Part shown: positions 24,301 to 35,738 of the stretch, one piece after another
Layout of the letters: the number at the start of each line of letters is the position of its first letter
Position numbering within the stretch: position 1 is the stretch's first letter
NCBI GenBank assembly: GCA_030141605.1
Contig: JAQGDQ010002366.1
Span: forward strand, 318,660 to 382,659
Length of the DNA stretch: 64,000 bases
Direction of reading: 5' to 3'
DNA from: Tubiluchus corallicola
Taxonomy: Eukaryota > Animalia > Priapulida
Translations under genes and position numbers: made by a program
The notes under the pieces: model-generated
The model's input: only the letters and a program-made list of their open reading frames with translations
Database searches by the model: none
What the model was told of the DNA's origin: nothing

Positions 24301-27300
24301 TTTGGGTTAAGAAGAAGGTAATCTAATATGCTTTGACTCTGCAAAATATATTTGTACGGGCATTTCACAATATCTTAACTTGTTTATTCAGCCTTTTAGT
24401 AACAAAAATGAGTACAATTATATAATTATGACAGTTTATTATAATTCCTTTTAATACAATCTCAATCAGAACATTTTTATCAAAGTGTTAAATTTGAACT
24501 GCTGCTAAATTTGTGGATAAAAAATGACTGTATGGGTAATTGCACTTATACGTACCTGATGTCTTTGAAGCTGAGGCACTAATACAATAATCCTTTTTTA
24601 TTTTTAGACCGTGGGAGTTTCTGCAGTAACAGGAGTTGGAATGGACAAATTCTTTGAACTAGTAAATGAAGCAGCAGTAGAATATATTACGTAAGTCTAA
24701 AACATCTGTCATAAAGTTGTTATAGAAAACCAGTGCTGCTCTAGAAACTAATCCATGTCATGGCTTACGAGCTTAGCAGAGTGTTCTGCGCACTTGGCTT
24801 TATAGTATTACTCGGATGTTTTTTGGCCAACTTTGATTGTCAAACATGTGAATATCTGATAAAGTAAGCAGCGACAAAAACAGTGCTAGTCTAGGCTTGC
24901 TGTAAGGGATGGCAGTAAGCTTTGTTGCTTTGACCTTTCCTGTTTCAAATATGTCCACTAAAGCAAAACTATTCTTACTTTCCCTCAAGCTGCAATTGCA
25001 CCTACAAGTTGTCACTTGTCATTATTTATGCAGTCTTTTGCATAAGCAGCTAAGGTAAAAACTGTAGCAATTACATTAATTAACGTCAAAATGGTAAAGT
25101 AGATTATAATGGTGCACTAGAATAGAAAATACAGTAAAGCAGGTGTGAGCAGGATAGTTTCACTGTGTATTTTTTATTATAGTACAGTAAGTCCTCACTT
25201 AACGACGTTATTCGTTCCAGCAAAATACGGCATTAAGTGAAAAGTTGCTAAACAAAGCCTGACTTCCATAGAAAGTAATGTTAAAAAATTGAGACACGTT
25301 CCTGATTCCAGAGTAGAGATGTCACGAATCTGGAATTACCAAATCTGAATCTACGGCAATCTCATTTTCGTAATAATTTTCGAATCCGGATCGAATCCAT
25401 ATCTGAGTTTAAAATAATTATCGAAACCGAATCAAATTCAAATCTCAGTTTTTTAGGTTGTTCTTTCAACTGCAGTTTTGAACCAAATTATAGCAGATTG
25501 GGAAGAGCAGTGTGTTTTTCACAAAGATTACAGATGACATGTCTGAGCAACATGTTTGACAGTAATTCTGCAATAATGAAAACTATAGATGATCTAATTA
25601 CTTTGTGACAGATTTTTTGTGCCAATGACTAACAATATAAAATGATCTGTTAGTCAAAAAATTCCTTGGGGTGGCTTTACCTATGCTCCGTGAGTTCGTG
25701 TAATGTGGATGACAAAAAACTACGGCCATTTAAGCCACATCGTGTGTTGTTGGCGAAGCCGTGTTCTGTCAAAGTAATACGAGAAATCTTAATATTTTTG
25801 TTGAAACTAGCTGTTAAAATAGTAATGTGATGTATGCTTTCGCTCAGGATTTCATGAGTTGGACACATGCTGAAACTGAATATGGTGACGTCAATGTATT
25901 TCAGGTAGGGCAAAATTATCAAAAATGGTAGCAATTTCAGGATTTTGCCAAAAATTTTAAAGGTGAATGAGCGTATAATGCTTTTATAATAAAGTGCTAC
26001 TGAATCGCCTCTGTAGCCGAAAATGAATTGGATTTTTTTTCAAAAGTCTTTGCTGAATCAGGTCGGATCTAAGTTAACTTAGAACATCAGCAAATGGCAT
26101 CAGATCAAAGCTCCGATTTGGATTCGGTTTCTAAGCTCCGGGTTTTCACTGTTGGAGCATCGTGACATCCCTATTCCAGAGCCTGACTTTCATAGAAAGT
26201 AATGCAAAAGAATTGAGGTACATTCCAGATACCAGAGGCAAAAATCAATGCTGCTTAATTGATATAAATTATATGTTTAGTGAGTTTTATTCATATTTCT
26301 ACTATTAATATCTTCCTGCTTGCTTGAAACCACCTATCTTTCTTACCAATGCCTAGCTAGCAGTTTCTCATTCATTAGTGTTGAAGCCCTTCGCAATTAA
26401 ACACTGTAGATTAAAAGCCAAACCTCGAGGCAGCCTTGGGACAATTTCGTTTAGATGCTGTTTGTTATAGCAACAGGTTGCAAACAAAATTCCTTTGCAT
26501 AAAGTTTGCTTCCAGGTGCCTGTAGGTGTATAAGTCAAAAATAGATCTCGCTTGATACAAACGGCTAGCATTTGGCAGTAATTTCTGTACGTGATTATGG
26601 AAATAGTTTCGCTTTACAATGACTTACCAGATTGGGATTTTTGAGTGTCACTAGAATTTTACTAGAAGTTGGTTTTCCTTTGTTGTCGCTGATTGAGGCA
26701 ATTCTCTTGTGTTCAAGCTCGATAAACATGTTAAACTACTGCATGCTGTTCCAGTCCTCGTATGTGATTAAAGCCAACATGTGAGAAAGTCACACTTCCA
26801 ATTAGGTAAAAAAATTGCTAAAATAAAAAATTGCTTTGTACAACTTTCATTGTTAAAATGAACATAACGTAAAATTTGAGAAAATTGTATCAAACGTTCA
26901 TCGTCGTCAAAAACGTGTCTAAATTGGGAGTCTTTAAGTGAGTACTTACTGTACTTTATTTAATCTGCTCTGCCATGTTTGTAAGTCAGTGTAATTGCTA
27001 GTGTCTTTGTCTTTATCTGCTGCAAATCTCTACTTCCGACGAATCATTTATTTTTGTATGAAAATAACCAAGTAGTAGTTCTATCTGGCATTTTATGCGC
27101 AAGTTGTTTGTTTTATTTAATTAAAGTGCTGTGAACTTAAAGGAAAACTGGACCAGTCATAAACTGTAGCTCAAAACAATCTAATCTGTAAAATATTGAA
27201 AGGGAACAGATGGTTTTTTAACAGTGACTTAACGTGAAAGAATTATTACGGCAGAAACCTCATATTGCATTCGCGCCACTAGTTCTTCTTTGTTACATAC

Positions 27301-30300
27301 ATTTTTCGTGATTCGTTTATTAAACGGGCACTGGCATCTGCATGTCAAAAATGCGTTGCGTAAAAAACAGGTGCTGTATCTCTGAGTTCAGATATGTTTA
27401 TTTGTGATGTGGTGTACACTTTCGAGAACTCATGGATGAACACAGCAGTAAACTTTGAATTTAAAGTTTTAAACTTGAAATTTGCCGAGTTTTTGTGTGC
27501 AATACTAAATGTTGTACAGTAGCACTGTTTTTCAGTTTTCGCTTTAACAAACATGTGCAACATGCTCGTGGACTGTTTGTGTTGCTGAAAATTATTTTCA
27601 ATTATGACGTCATCACTAACAGTGTTCCTCGGCCATTAATTAAGTTTTTTAATATGTTATTTAATTATCCCTCTATTATAGCTTTGACAGTATTGTAGGT
27701 GTTAAAATGTGCACTTTTTAAGCCCATGTCACACCAACAAAGGCAAAAGGAGCAAGTCATAATCTGTAAGCCAGAAGGTGTCTTCCTTCTTCCATAAAGC
27801 ATGTATCACAATTCACACTATGCTCCTTACTTTGCGTAAATATTAAGGCATATTGTTGTATATTGTTTAGGCAATGCACATATATAATTGTAGTGTTATT
27901 GAAATGCTGTGCTTAAAAATTGCTTTTTCGTGTGTATGAGACCATTCTGATATGAATTCTTATGATATAAATGAATTGTGCACTGTAAAAATGACAAATA
28001 TGCTAATTACTGCATTGGCTATGACCCAAAACTTCTCCAGGCAAATAAAATTAACAGCCAAATTCATTTCGGAATAAGGTGTCTTTTGAACCACTCAAAA
28101 CGGCTTGTGAGGAGCCTACCTTGAATTGTGGCTGACGTCTTAAGGCAGGGAAACTGCGGTAGACGGAAGATGGCAAGTGGATTATCTGTGAAACAAGGAC
28201 CACTGGTTAGCATACGTTCATTTTTTGTACAGTGGCGTTTTCTCCTCATAGCTTATGTCTTACAGATTATGTCCATCTCTGTGTTACACTATTTTAAAGT
28301 AGGGTAGCACATGAAAAATCATCCTGTCTTCCTTTCAACAATTACACATACACTATGTTAAAACTTAAGCCAAACTTAAAAATTATTCAATGAAACTAGT
28401 AAAAACTGGTTAAGGCTTGCAGTAACAAAATCTTCCCGGAGAATTGAGTTTCCACATGTTTCATTAAAAATTTTATTTCAAAAGTTAATTTTGTAATGTG
28501 TATTTACCACAGGCAGACTTTGCTGTAAGGCATTTTAAAGCTCTGCACTAACATTAAAGGCATTTGAAAGCAAAGCAAATAAACTTAGAAAATTAATTCT
28601 CGAATTTGGCACCCTAGTTATACCATTTTACTTTTGTGATATCCAAAATTTGCTTGCTCACTCCTAACAATTTCTGAGTTGTAAGCATTTTAGTGTTATT
28701 TGTTTGTTCACTAAATGATTATTGCTGGACATGCAGACCAAGGTGTAGATGTGTTTCTGTTTTTTGTTTATAGTGAATATCGTCCTCAGTATGATACACT
28801 AGTAAAACAGCTAAAAAAGGCAGAAAAAAAGAGAGAACAGAAGCAACTTCAAAGAGTGAGAAAAGATATAGTCGGACATGCCATTGCTACAAATGCAGGT
28901 ATCTATAAATGAGTCTAGTCGTAGTTAATCCATTGATTACTAGTTTGCTAACTGCTTAGCAATATACATATGTACAAAGATTAGCGTAGGTAAATCGAAA
29001 CTTCGCTAAGCTGGGTATCATTATGCGAGGACTAACTGCCAGAAATGATTTACCAAAAAAAGTTCATAGTGCTCTGAAAGTAGTCATTATATGCCAAAAT
29101 AGTTTGATGAGTGAAAGTTTATCAGTTTTCACTTTTAATTTTTAGTGAGTAGCTCCAGACATGCAAGTAAAAATATAGTACGTAAAATGAATGATAAATG
29201 TTTCATTTCAACAAAATGCATATAATGTAAATCTTATGTAAAATTTCAAGAAAACGATCCATCTAAAGTCTGGTGCATTGCTATATCATATAAATGTTTA
29301 AGTAGAGTACGATACTCTTAGAATATAAATGTTTTAAGTAAAGTTTGATAATCTTGGAATATAAATGCTTTAAGTAAAGTTTGATAATCTTGGAATATAA
29401 ATGCTTTAAGTAAGTGATAATCTTGGAATATAAACGTTTTAAGTAAAGTTTGATAATCTGAATATAAATGTTTTAAGTGAAGTGAAACCAAATAAATTTA
29501 TGAGTTATAATCTGAATATAAATGTTTTAAGTAATGTTTATAACCTAAATATAAATGTTTTAAGTAAAGTTTAAAGAATTAAATGTTTTAAGTAAAGTTT
29601 GATCACCTTGGAATATAAATGTTTTACGTATAGTTTGATAATCTTAGAATATAAATGTTTTACGTAGACTTTGATAATCTTAGAATATAAATGTTTTATG
29701 TAGAGTTTGATAATCTTTGAATATAAATGCTTTAAGTAAAGTTTGATAATCTTGGAATATAAATGCTTTAAGTAAAGTGATAATCTTGGAATATAAACGT
29801 TTTAAGTAAAGTTTGATAATCTTGGAATATAAATGTTTTAAGTGAAGTTTGATAACCTTGGAATATAAATGTTTTACGTAGAGTTTGATAATCTTGGAAT
29901 ATAAATGTTTTAAGTAATGTTTGATAACCTTGAAATATAAATGTTTTAAGTAAAGTTTGATAATCTTGGAATATAAATGTTTTAAGTAAAGTTTGATAAC
30001 CTTGGAATATAAATGTTTTAAGTGAAGTTTGATAACCTTGGAATATAAATGTTTTAAGTAAAGTTTGATAACCTTGGAATATAAATGTTTTAAGTAAAGT
30101 TTGATAATTTTTGAATGTAAATGTTTTAAGTAAAGTTTGATAATCTTGGAATATAAATGTTTTACGTAGAGTTTGATAATCTTGGAATATAAATGTTTTA
30201 AGTAAAGTTTGATAACCTTGGAATATAAATGTTTTAAGTAAAGTTTGATAATTTTTGAATGTAAATGTTTTAAGTAAAGTTTGATAATCTTGGAATATGT

Positions 30301-31482
30301 TTTTTTCATAACAGCAAGTACTAGCAGCACCTCGGAGGATATACTTTTGCACATTGGTCTGGACTCTGAAAATTCGGACGATGGGAAGGATGAGGAAGAA
30401 GGTACTGTATCTCTTGGGCAACTATTGTCGTACAAGTCGTACCAGTTCTTAACTTCTTCCTTTTAACACTTATGTGACATAAATGAGAATGAGAAAAAAG
30501 TTAACAAAACCTTGAACAAATTTTTGCAAAGTAGTTAAATCCAAGGTTTAATTAGTATAATTAGACTAGCAAATGCAAAATAATTGACAACACAAAATAC
30601 AGTTTTGAGTTACAGGGAAAGACAAATTTGCTGATTTGGTGCAATAAGGTTGAACATCTTGGCTGTTTATTGAACGGTAACTCGATTGATGCAGTTGATA
30701 TTATGAGGAAACATAACAAATTGATTTACAGAATGAACAATGCAAATTTCTGCTAACACTACCAAAATTTAGGAGCAAAAATGTTTAGTTACTGCCTATA
30801 GTCCTTATTAAAATACAATGACCGCCAATTAATGTCACTTGATACCGCATGGAATATAGGTGTGTGACAGCTAGAGAAAATCCAAAAAAAATCACATAGG
30901 TGCTTTCTACTCCACATTTCCAAAGTGGTAAAGTTCAATATTCAAATAATAATAGGATCTATAAACTTCTATACATGTTATATAGCTGTAATAATGTGGC
31001 ATTTTTGTTTGATTAAATTTGTTATTGAGTTTTATCATTCACAGTCTTATTTGCATCTCTCTCTTATTTGAGTCTTCCTTATATGAGGAAGTGCTTTGAG
31101 AAAATTGTGCACATTTGTTGGATTTAACTCTTTATCTGGCAGCACTAAGAATAAGGACTGTCTGAATCACCACATCACCACACCGATGACATTACCACAA
31201 ATGTTTTTAAAACGGTTCTTTCACGTTGAGGCTTTTAGGTTCTAAAGTAGTTCAGCAACTAATTCTGACCTTTCAAACTGGAAAGTTTTCTTTTGTTGCA
31301 AGCTCCAAGAACCATTATAGTAATTCATCATTTTAATCTGTTAATTTTTAAACCTAATCAACTTGTAATAAATACCGATTTTTTTAGATGACGACGATGA
31401 GCGAAAAGAGTACGAGTCATTTAAGAGATTTTTGGCACAGCATGACAATCAGCATTCGAAACCGCCACCTTCCACCTCCTGA
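17219..31482 (+). CDS. GPN1: GPN-loop GTPase 1 (XAB1/Npa3), complete, 10 coding exons, about 385 aa
   Basis: Exons 17219-17380, 19292-19425, 20284-20388, 20770-20848, 21798-21938, 22926-23072, 24608-24690, 28774-28898, 30315-30401 and 31388-31482 (1158 nt, phases consistent). Motifs: P-loop [19 protein letters not shown] (GPN loop), [25 protein letters not shown] and an acidic C-terminus. Confidence 0.96.
19292..19425 (+). CDS. GPN1: GPN1 exon
   Basis: RLTSHLH...[32 protein letters not shown](Q), followed by the U12 donor GTATCCTTT. Confidence 0.95.
19426..20283 (+). other. U12-type (minor spliceosome) GT-AG intron
   Basis: The 5' site GTATCCTTT is the exact U12 consensus. A branch site TTCTTTAAC at 20261-20269 lies close to the 3' AG, and there is no polypyrimidine tract. 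Confidence 0.9.
19600..20005 (+). mobile_element. L2 LINE 3' fragment
   Basis: [24 protein letters not shown]...APQYICELL...YSLRS...[10 protein letters not shown]...[10 protein letters not shown] is the L2 ORF2 C-terminus. Confidence 0.8.
20284..20388 (+). CDS. GPN1: GPN1 exon (GPN loop)
   Basis: [23 protein letters not shown]. Confidence 0.95.
20770..20848 (+). CDS. GPN1: GPN1 exon (G3 motif)
   Basis: [26 protein letters not shown], followed by a GC donor. Confidence 0.93.
21798..21938 (+). CDS. GPN1: GPN1 exon
   Basis: [47 protein letters not shown]. Confidence 0.95.
22279..22400. repeat. Near-perfect inverted repeat (hairpin) of about 120 bp
   Basis: TGCACTAATTATC...GAAACAGTTCAAC pairs with GTTGAACTGTTTC...GATAATTAGTGCA. 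Confidence 0.7.
22926..23072 (+). CDS. GPN1: GPN1 exon
   Basis: [49 protein letters not shown]. Confidence 0.95.
24608..24690 (+). CDS. GPN1: GPN1 exon
   Basis: [27 protein letters not shown](T), with tttag and gtaagt boundaries. Confidence 0.93.
25185..26951. mobile_element. Tc1/mariner (pogo/Tigger-like) non-autonomous element
   Basis: TA TSD; TIR CAGTAAGTCCTCACTTAA / CAGTAAGTACTCACTTAA. Confidence 0.8.
25314..26173. mobile_element. hAT non-autonomous element nested in the Tigger-like element
   Basis: TIR TAGAGATGTCACGA / TAGGGATGTCACGA; perfect 8-bp TSD TTCCAGAG; subterminal GAATC repeats. Confidence 0.85.
27141..28333 (+). mobile_element. Kolobok-like non-autonomous element, family A copy 2, with an internal insertion of about 570 bp
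   Basis: Starts TTAA|AGGAAAAC, is collinear with the 37070 copy to about 27720, and its terminal part resumes at about 28290. Confidence 0.7.
28774..28898 (+). CDS. GPN1: GPN1 exon
   Basis: [32 protein letters not shown], the coiled-coil region. Confidence 0.88.
29290..30298. repeat. 36-bp minisatellite (about 28 units)
   Basis: Consensus TTGGAATATAAATGTTTTAAGTAAAGTTTGATAATC, head-to-tail with no spacers; it is more degenerate at the left end. Confidence 0.95.
30315..30401 (+). CDS. GPN1: GPN1 exon (acidic tail)
   Basis: [28 protein letters not shown]; phase 1-1, consistent with its neighbours. Confidence 0.8.
31388..31482 (+). CDS. GPN1: GPN1 last coding exon
   Basis: [30 protein letters not shown]; AATAAA at 31814-31819. 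Confidence 0.82.
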
Positions 31483-31859
31483 TGTAAAAACATTTTTTTA
31501 TTTGTAGCTTATGTTTCAGAACTGTAAATAAGATTTATTTCAATACAACATAGAAATTTGTTGTACCGATTAGCTAGCCATATCGCTGATACACTTCGCC
31601 TAGAATTATCATTATGTAATGTTGAAATCCAGGAAAGTCTCTTTTTGAAATGAAAAATTGCCTGAAATTTTTATTTATTTAAGTAATCAAGGTTATTCCT
31701 AATTATTAGCAAATTGCCCTTTTTGAAATTTATTAGTATAATAATGATTTGTGTTTTCTTTGTGGAGAAACAATGCTTGTCATAGTTGGTTGAAGAAGAA
31801 ATGTGATTTTCATAATAAAAACATATAATTACTATATTATTGTTATTTGTTTCATACTG

Positions 31860-32130
31860 TCAGCAAAACAACTTCTGAAATTTTAATGTATTAAAAATGA
31901 ACTCAAAAAATATTTTAAACTTTACAGCATGTAAGAGCATATACATGATTGTTGCTTTGTGGCAGTGGAGCTTGCTTGCTTTAGCTGTTTCCTGTTGAGT
32001 ACCACAGCAAAGCCTCTTGTATTTTGCAACAAATTTGTCGGTAGTTTTTCCAGAACGACTTGATTTTGGAACATACTTGCACTCCTTATTTGATTTTTCT
32101 TTAAGGCACAAGATTATCTGTGATTGTACT
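31860..32130 (-). CDS. Cys-rich protein last exon
   Basis: tttcag|A VQSQIILCLKEKSNKEC...YKRLCC...IMYMLLHAVKFKIFFEFIF...*. Confidence 0.72.
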
Positions 32131-35100
32131 CTGAAAGCACAAGAATCAACATTTGCATTAGTTGACTACTTTACAGATAACTACCATCTGTACATACATA
32201 AATTTCCTTGAGCTTTGTTTCAGTTATGTGTGAAAAAGGTGGTGATCTATCAGTAGTTAAGTGATAGTGAAAGCTTTACTGTTAGCTTGCTAGAGTCTAG
32301 AAGTTGGTTTGCATAGTGACACTCTAAATTTACCAATCTTTAGTGGGCAACTGTTTTGCAAACGATATTACTTATTTAGTGCACTGTCAAGAGCTATGTG
32401 ATGTAGTGGTTCAATTCTAGTGTATGGTTTTAATGTTTGCCAAAATCTCAGAAAAATTAGGCCAATATGAGAAAAAAACTTGGAAATTAAGTACTGCAAT
32501 GAGTACCTAAGCTTATAAGTAATTACAAATTAAATCTGCCAATTTTACCACTTACTTGCATATTCCAAAACGACCTCTTATTGCATTGTCCATCATCTGC
32601 AGACATGGTTGTAACAAGTGGTCACAGTATGCTGCCTTGTCATGTCTTTCTGTTTGATAGTGTGTACCTGGATTAGCTACTACCGAGTTTACTAAAGTAG
32701 CAGTTATTGTCATTTCGTTGTTCTCACTTGCAATTGAGATATTTTTTTGTATTGTTTTGTTTTCAGCTCTGCCCAGAGCAGTTGCTGCAAGTTCATTTAC
32801 AATTTCTTCATTTGTTTCAGTATTCATCATTACAGTAGCTTGTGTTGTAAAGTTTTCTACAGAAGAAACTGAAGAATGTTTATCTAGGCCTCCAGATGTA
32901 ATATCACTGTTTTTTGTGGTCAGCTCCAATTGATGGCTAGGTTGCTGTAAACGATCGCGGTTTGAGAAAGAGAATGGCCGCTGATTGGGTATCTTACATT
33001 GGGTGCTCATATGTTCAGCAAGAACTTCCAAACGCGTGAAGATAAGTTCTGTGACAGAATCCATTGCAGTTTGGTTGCAACTTGAAGTTAACCTTGTTAC
33101 ACATTGTACTGTTTCATCATAGTGCCTATACGTTATTAAAACCAGCAACAAAATTATGATTACACAATACTAGTAAATGCAGTCCGCGTTTGACATTTGT
33201 TAATCGACAAACATAATTTTTGTTTAACCGTTAGTCCAAACTACAACATTAAGAAATAAAAAGTGTCTTGTACTTGCCATAGAAACAAATGGCATTGCCA
33301 GCGTGCTCGTGCGAGTCTCGGTGAAAATAAAAGAGCAAATCTTTTCTTTTTCCAGAAATTCTAGCACAATTTTTTTGTAATTTTCACTACATGCACAGTA
33401 TGGAATTACTAAATCTTGGCAACTAAGATCGAAAAGTGGACATATTGGGTTGAGGTAAATTATAAAACCGCAATACAGCCGATGTGTCCAGTAAGTACCC
33501 CGTTATTACACCCTGATACTGACATACATTGGATATTAAACACCACACTGGCAAAACTTTTGAGAATAGACCTACCTGCAGAGGGTTTCACGAGAGCTGT
33601 AATTATCGGTATTTCCTCTTTTGACATGACTCAGCTGGGTTCGAAGCCTGTCTGTGCATTTTTGAATCTGTTTTGGGAAATGCCTTGGGCATCCAACAGC
33701 ATTCTGTAAGTCTTGGTCATTGGAAAAATACATCAGTTAGAAATTTTGTAAATACAAGTGCTAGCTTCTCTTTTGATTCAAGATGCAAGATTTATTTATT
33801 TAGCTAACATATAAACATTCAAGGAAATACAGATTTCTGTAACAACTTAAGACTAATTCTCAATTATAATTACATGTATTGAAGCTGAGTAGCTGAGGGG
33901 ACCTGAAAATGGGTAATACAGCCAGATAAGGTAAAGGCCACCTCGAAAAGCGGGCGGCCGTATTGCAGCCAAACATATTGCCTTGTGTATGTTTTTTATG
34001 TTTTAGAATAAACGGTAAAGCAATATGCTAAAGCAGTGCAACAGTCTGTAGTTCAAAAGGAAAGCTTGACATTTCTAAATTCACAGTAAAATTATAATTA
34101 AAGCGTATATTAATGCATTTGTTTCTTAATTTCAAATCCAAATACCTGATCAAAGCCTACTGCTCGCGAGTGCTTGCGTTCATTATTGCTTTGCATTGAA
34201 ATAATTACTGGGAAAGCTCTAATTTGTTTTTCAGTTCCACATTTTGATTTTTTCCAACTTCCATTGTAACTTGCGAATTCTATTCAGTATACATGAGATA
34301 GGAATACCAGTGCAGTACTGTAAAAATTGCAAACTGGAACTGGTGTGATATCTCTTCTTACAGTATGGCCGTATAAGTTCATGACATCTGCCCCATCCCA
34401 GCTTTCAAATCGAAGAATGCATTGATTGATCGTACAGCTCACCCGATGGAGAGATTGACCAAGAACTCTTGGTTGCTGGTTCGTTTTTTTAAATGAATAT
34501 TTTTAGCTCAAGATATTTTTCTTTTCTTACAAAGTGCTTTAAGGAATTGGAATCTTTGTTCCCCGAGGAACTGCTGTCGACAGTTGAAAGCGTGGTACTT
34601 TAGTCACTGATTTATCAGTAGCATAATCGTCGTTATCATCGTCGCACTTAAGTTTCAATCATCAATAACACCTGCACCACCAGAAGGCCACCATTGTAAT
34701 TTAGTCCTAGTTGTTCACTCAATCTGATGATAATACGACAATCAATTGACATTAAATAAATAATGTGTTTAATCAGCACTGTGATTTTTATAAAAATATT
34801 GATGTTGTGCAAGAGTACATACAACGTATGGTAAATCAGAACATGAACTTCGAATTTAGTTACTATACTATTATCATCAATTATTATTATTATCACAAAC
34901 TGACTGCTTTCTGAAAAGGCAGTTCCCATACCTCTAGAAGTAGATTTTGCGATTATTACGCAGTCACAAACTAAGTTTTCAGGTGTTATAATGCTTGTCA
35001 TAATATGCTTACCAGGAAAGGTCTGTTTAAAAACATTTAATAACTAATCAAAGTTTTTGATTAGCATCTGTGATAAGAGATGCTTTAAGCGACAGCTTTT

Positions 35101-35738
35101 GCTTTGCCTTAACAAATGAAAAGCGTTTTTCAAGATAATTAACATCATGTAGCCACACCAAGTATTGTTGTTCATTATTTTGAAGAACATTTTTTATCTG
35201 TTTAGTTTCGACATTAATTGTTTCGATGGAAGTGGAATTTGCCACTTTTTCACCCGTGATCCGTAATTTAAAGCTCCGAAGACCATAATATGTTTTGCCT
35301 CCACTGAATTGATTATTTAAGAAGTCATTGAGTTGCTCTCTTTTAGCTGACTTTTTTATTTTTGTCAAGGTAGATATAAACTTTACAATACACGGAAGTG
35401 TACTCTTACATTTATAGAGTTTTCGAAAAGGTTCCAGCAATTGGGCGATAATTTAGGTTCAGTAGTAGGTTCAGTACTGGCGCATCAGTAGTTAGTGTGT
35501 AAGTTGGCCTCTTTGGTGATTTAATTACTGCTATCCTTGTTGAATTTTTGTGGAACGTTTTGAAAATTTGTTACTAGAACTATTCAATTCGAGCTTCTTT
35601 CTTATTATCACAATTTTTTAGAAGTATTGTGCACATTTTGGTTTTATTACCTATCTTTCGTAGTAAAAGAAACTTACTCAGCGTTGCCAGGATGGCCAAA
35701 ACGATTCGAAGCAACGTTACCGTCCGGCAGTTGTTCAT
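31860..35738 (-). CDS. Uncharacterised secreted or cell-surface Cys-rich protein, 4 exons, about 345 aa
   Basis: Exons 35738-35678, 33711-33576, 33125-32556 and 32130-31860 (1038 nt; intron phases 1, 2, 2; all GT-AG). Signal peptide MNNCRTVTLLRIVLAILATLNLQNAVG, two six-Cys domains, an S/T/N-rich linker and a hydrophobic C-terminus. Confidence 0.75.
32556..33125 (-). CDS. Cys-rich protein exon 3
   Basis: 570-nt open exon HYDETVQCVTRLTSSC...YCDHLLQPCLQMM...GIC(K)|gtaagt. Confidence 0.85.
33576..33711 (-). CDS. Cys-rich protein exon 2
   Basis: LQNAVGCPRHFPKQIQKCTDRL...RETLC(R)|gtaggt, with a CTAAC branch point upstream. Confidence 0.75.
35678..35738 (-). CDS. Cys-rich protein exon 1 (signal peptide)
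   Basis: MNNCRTVTLLRIVLAILATL, then A|GTAAGT. Confidence 0.65.

Noticed and set aside
29290-30298. 36-bp repeats as a CRISPR array
   Set aside because: The units are contiguous with no unique spacers, there are no cas genes, and the context is a eukaryotic intron.
21939-30314. GTATCT donors at 21939 and 28899 as additional U12 introns
   Set aside because: They lack the CCTT of the U12 5' site, have no TCCTTAAC branch site and have normal pyrimidine tracts.
29680-30435. 251-aa and 217-aa repeat ORFs as real genes
   Set aside because: They follow from a stop-free 36-nt unit, lie antisense to GPN1 and show no recognisable homology.
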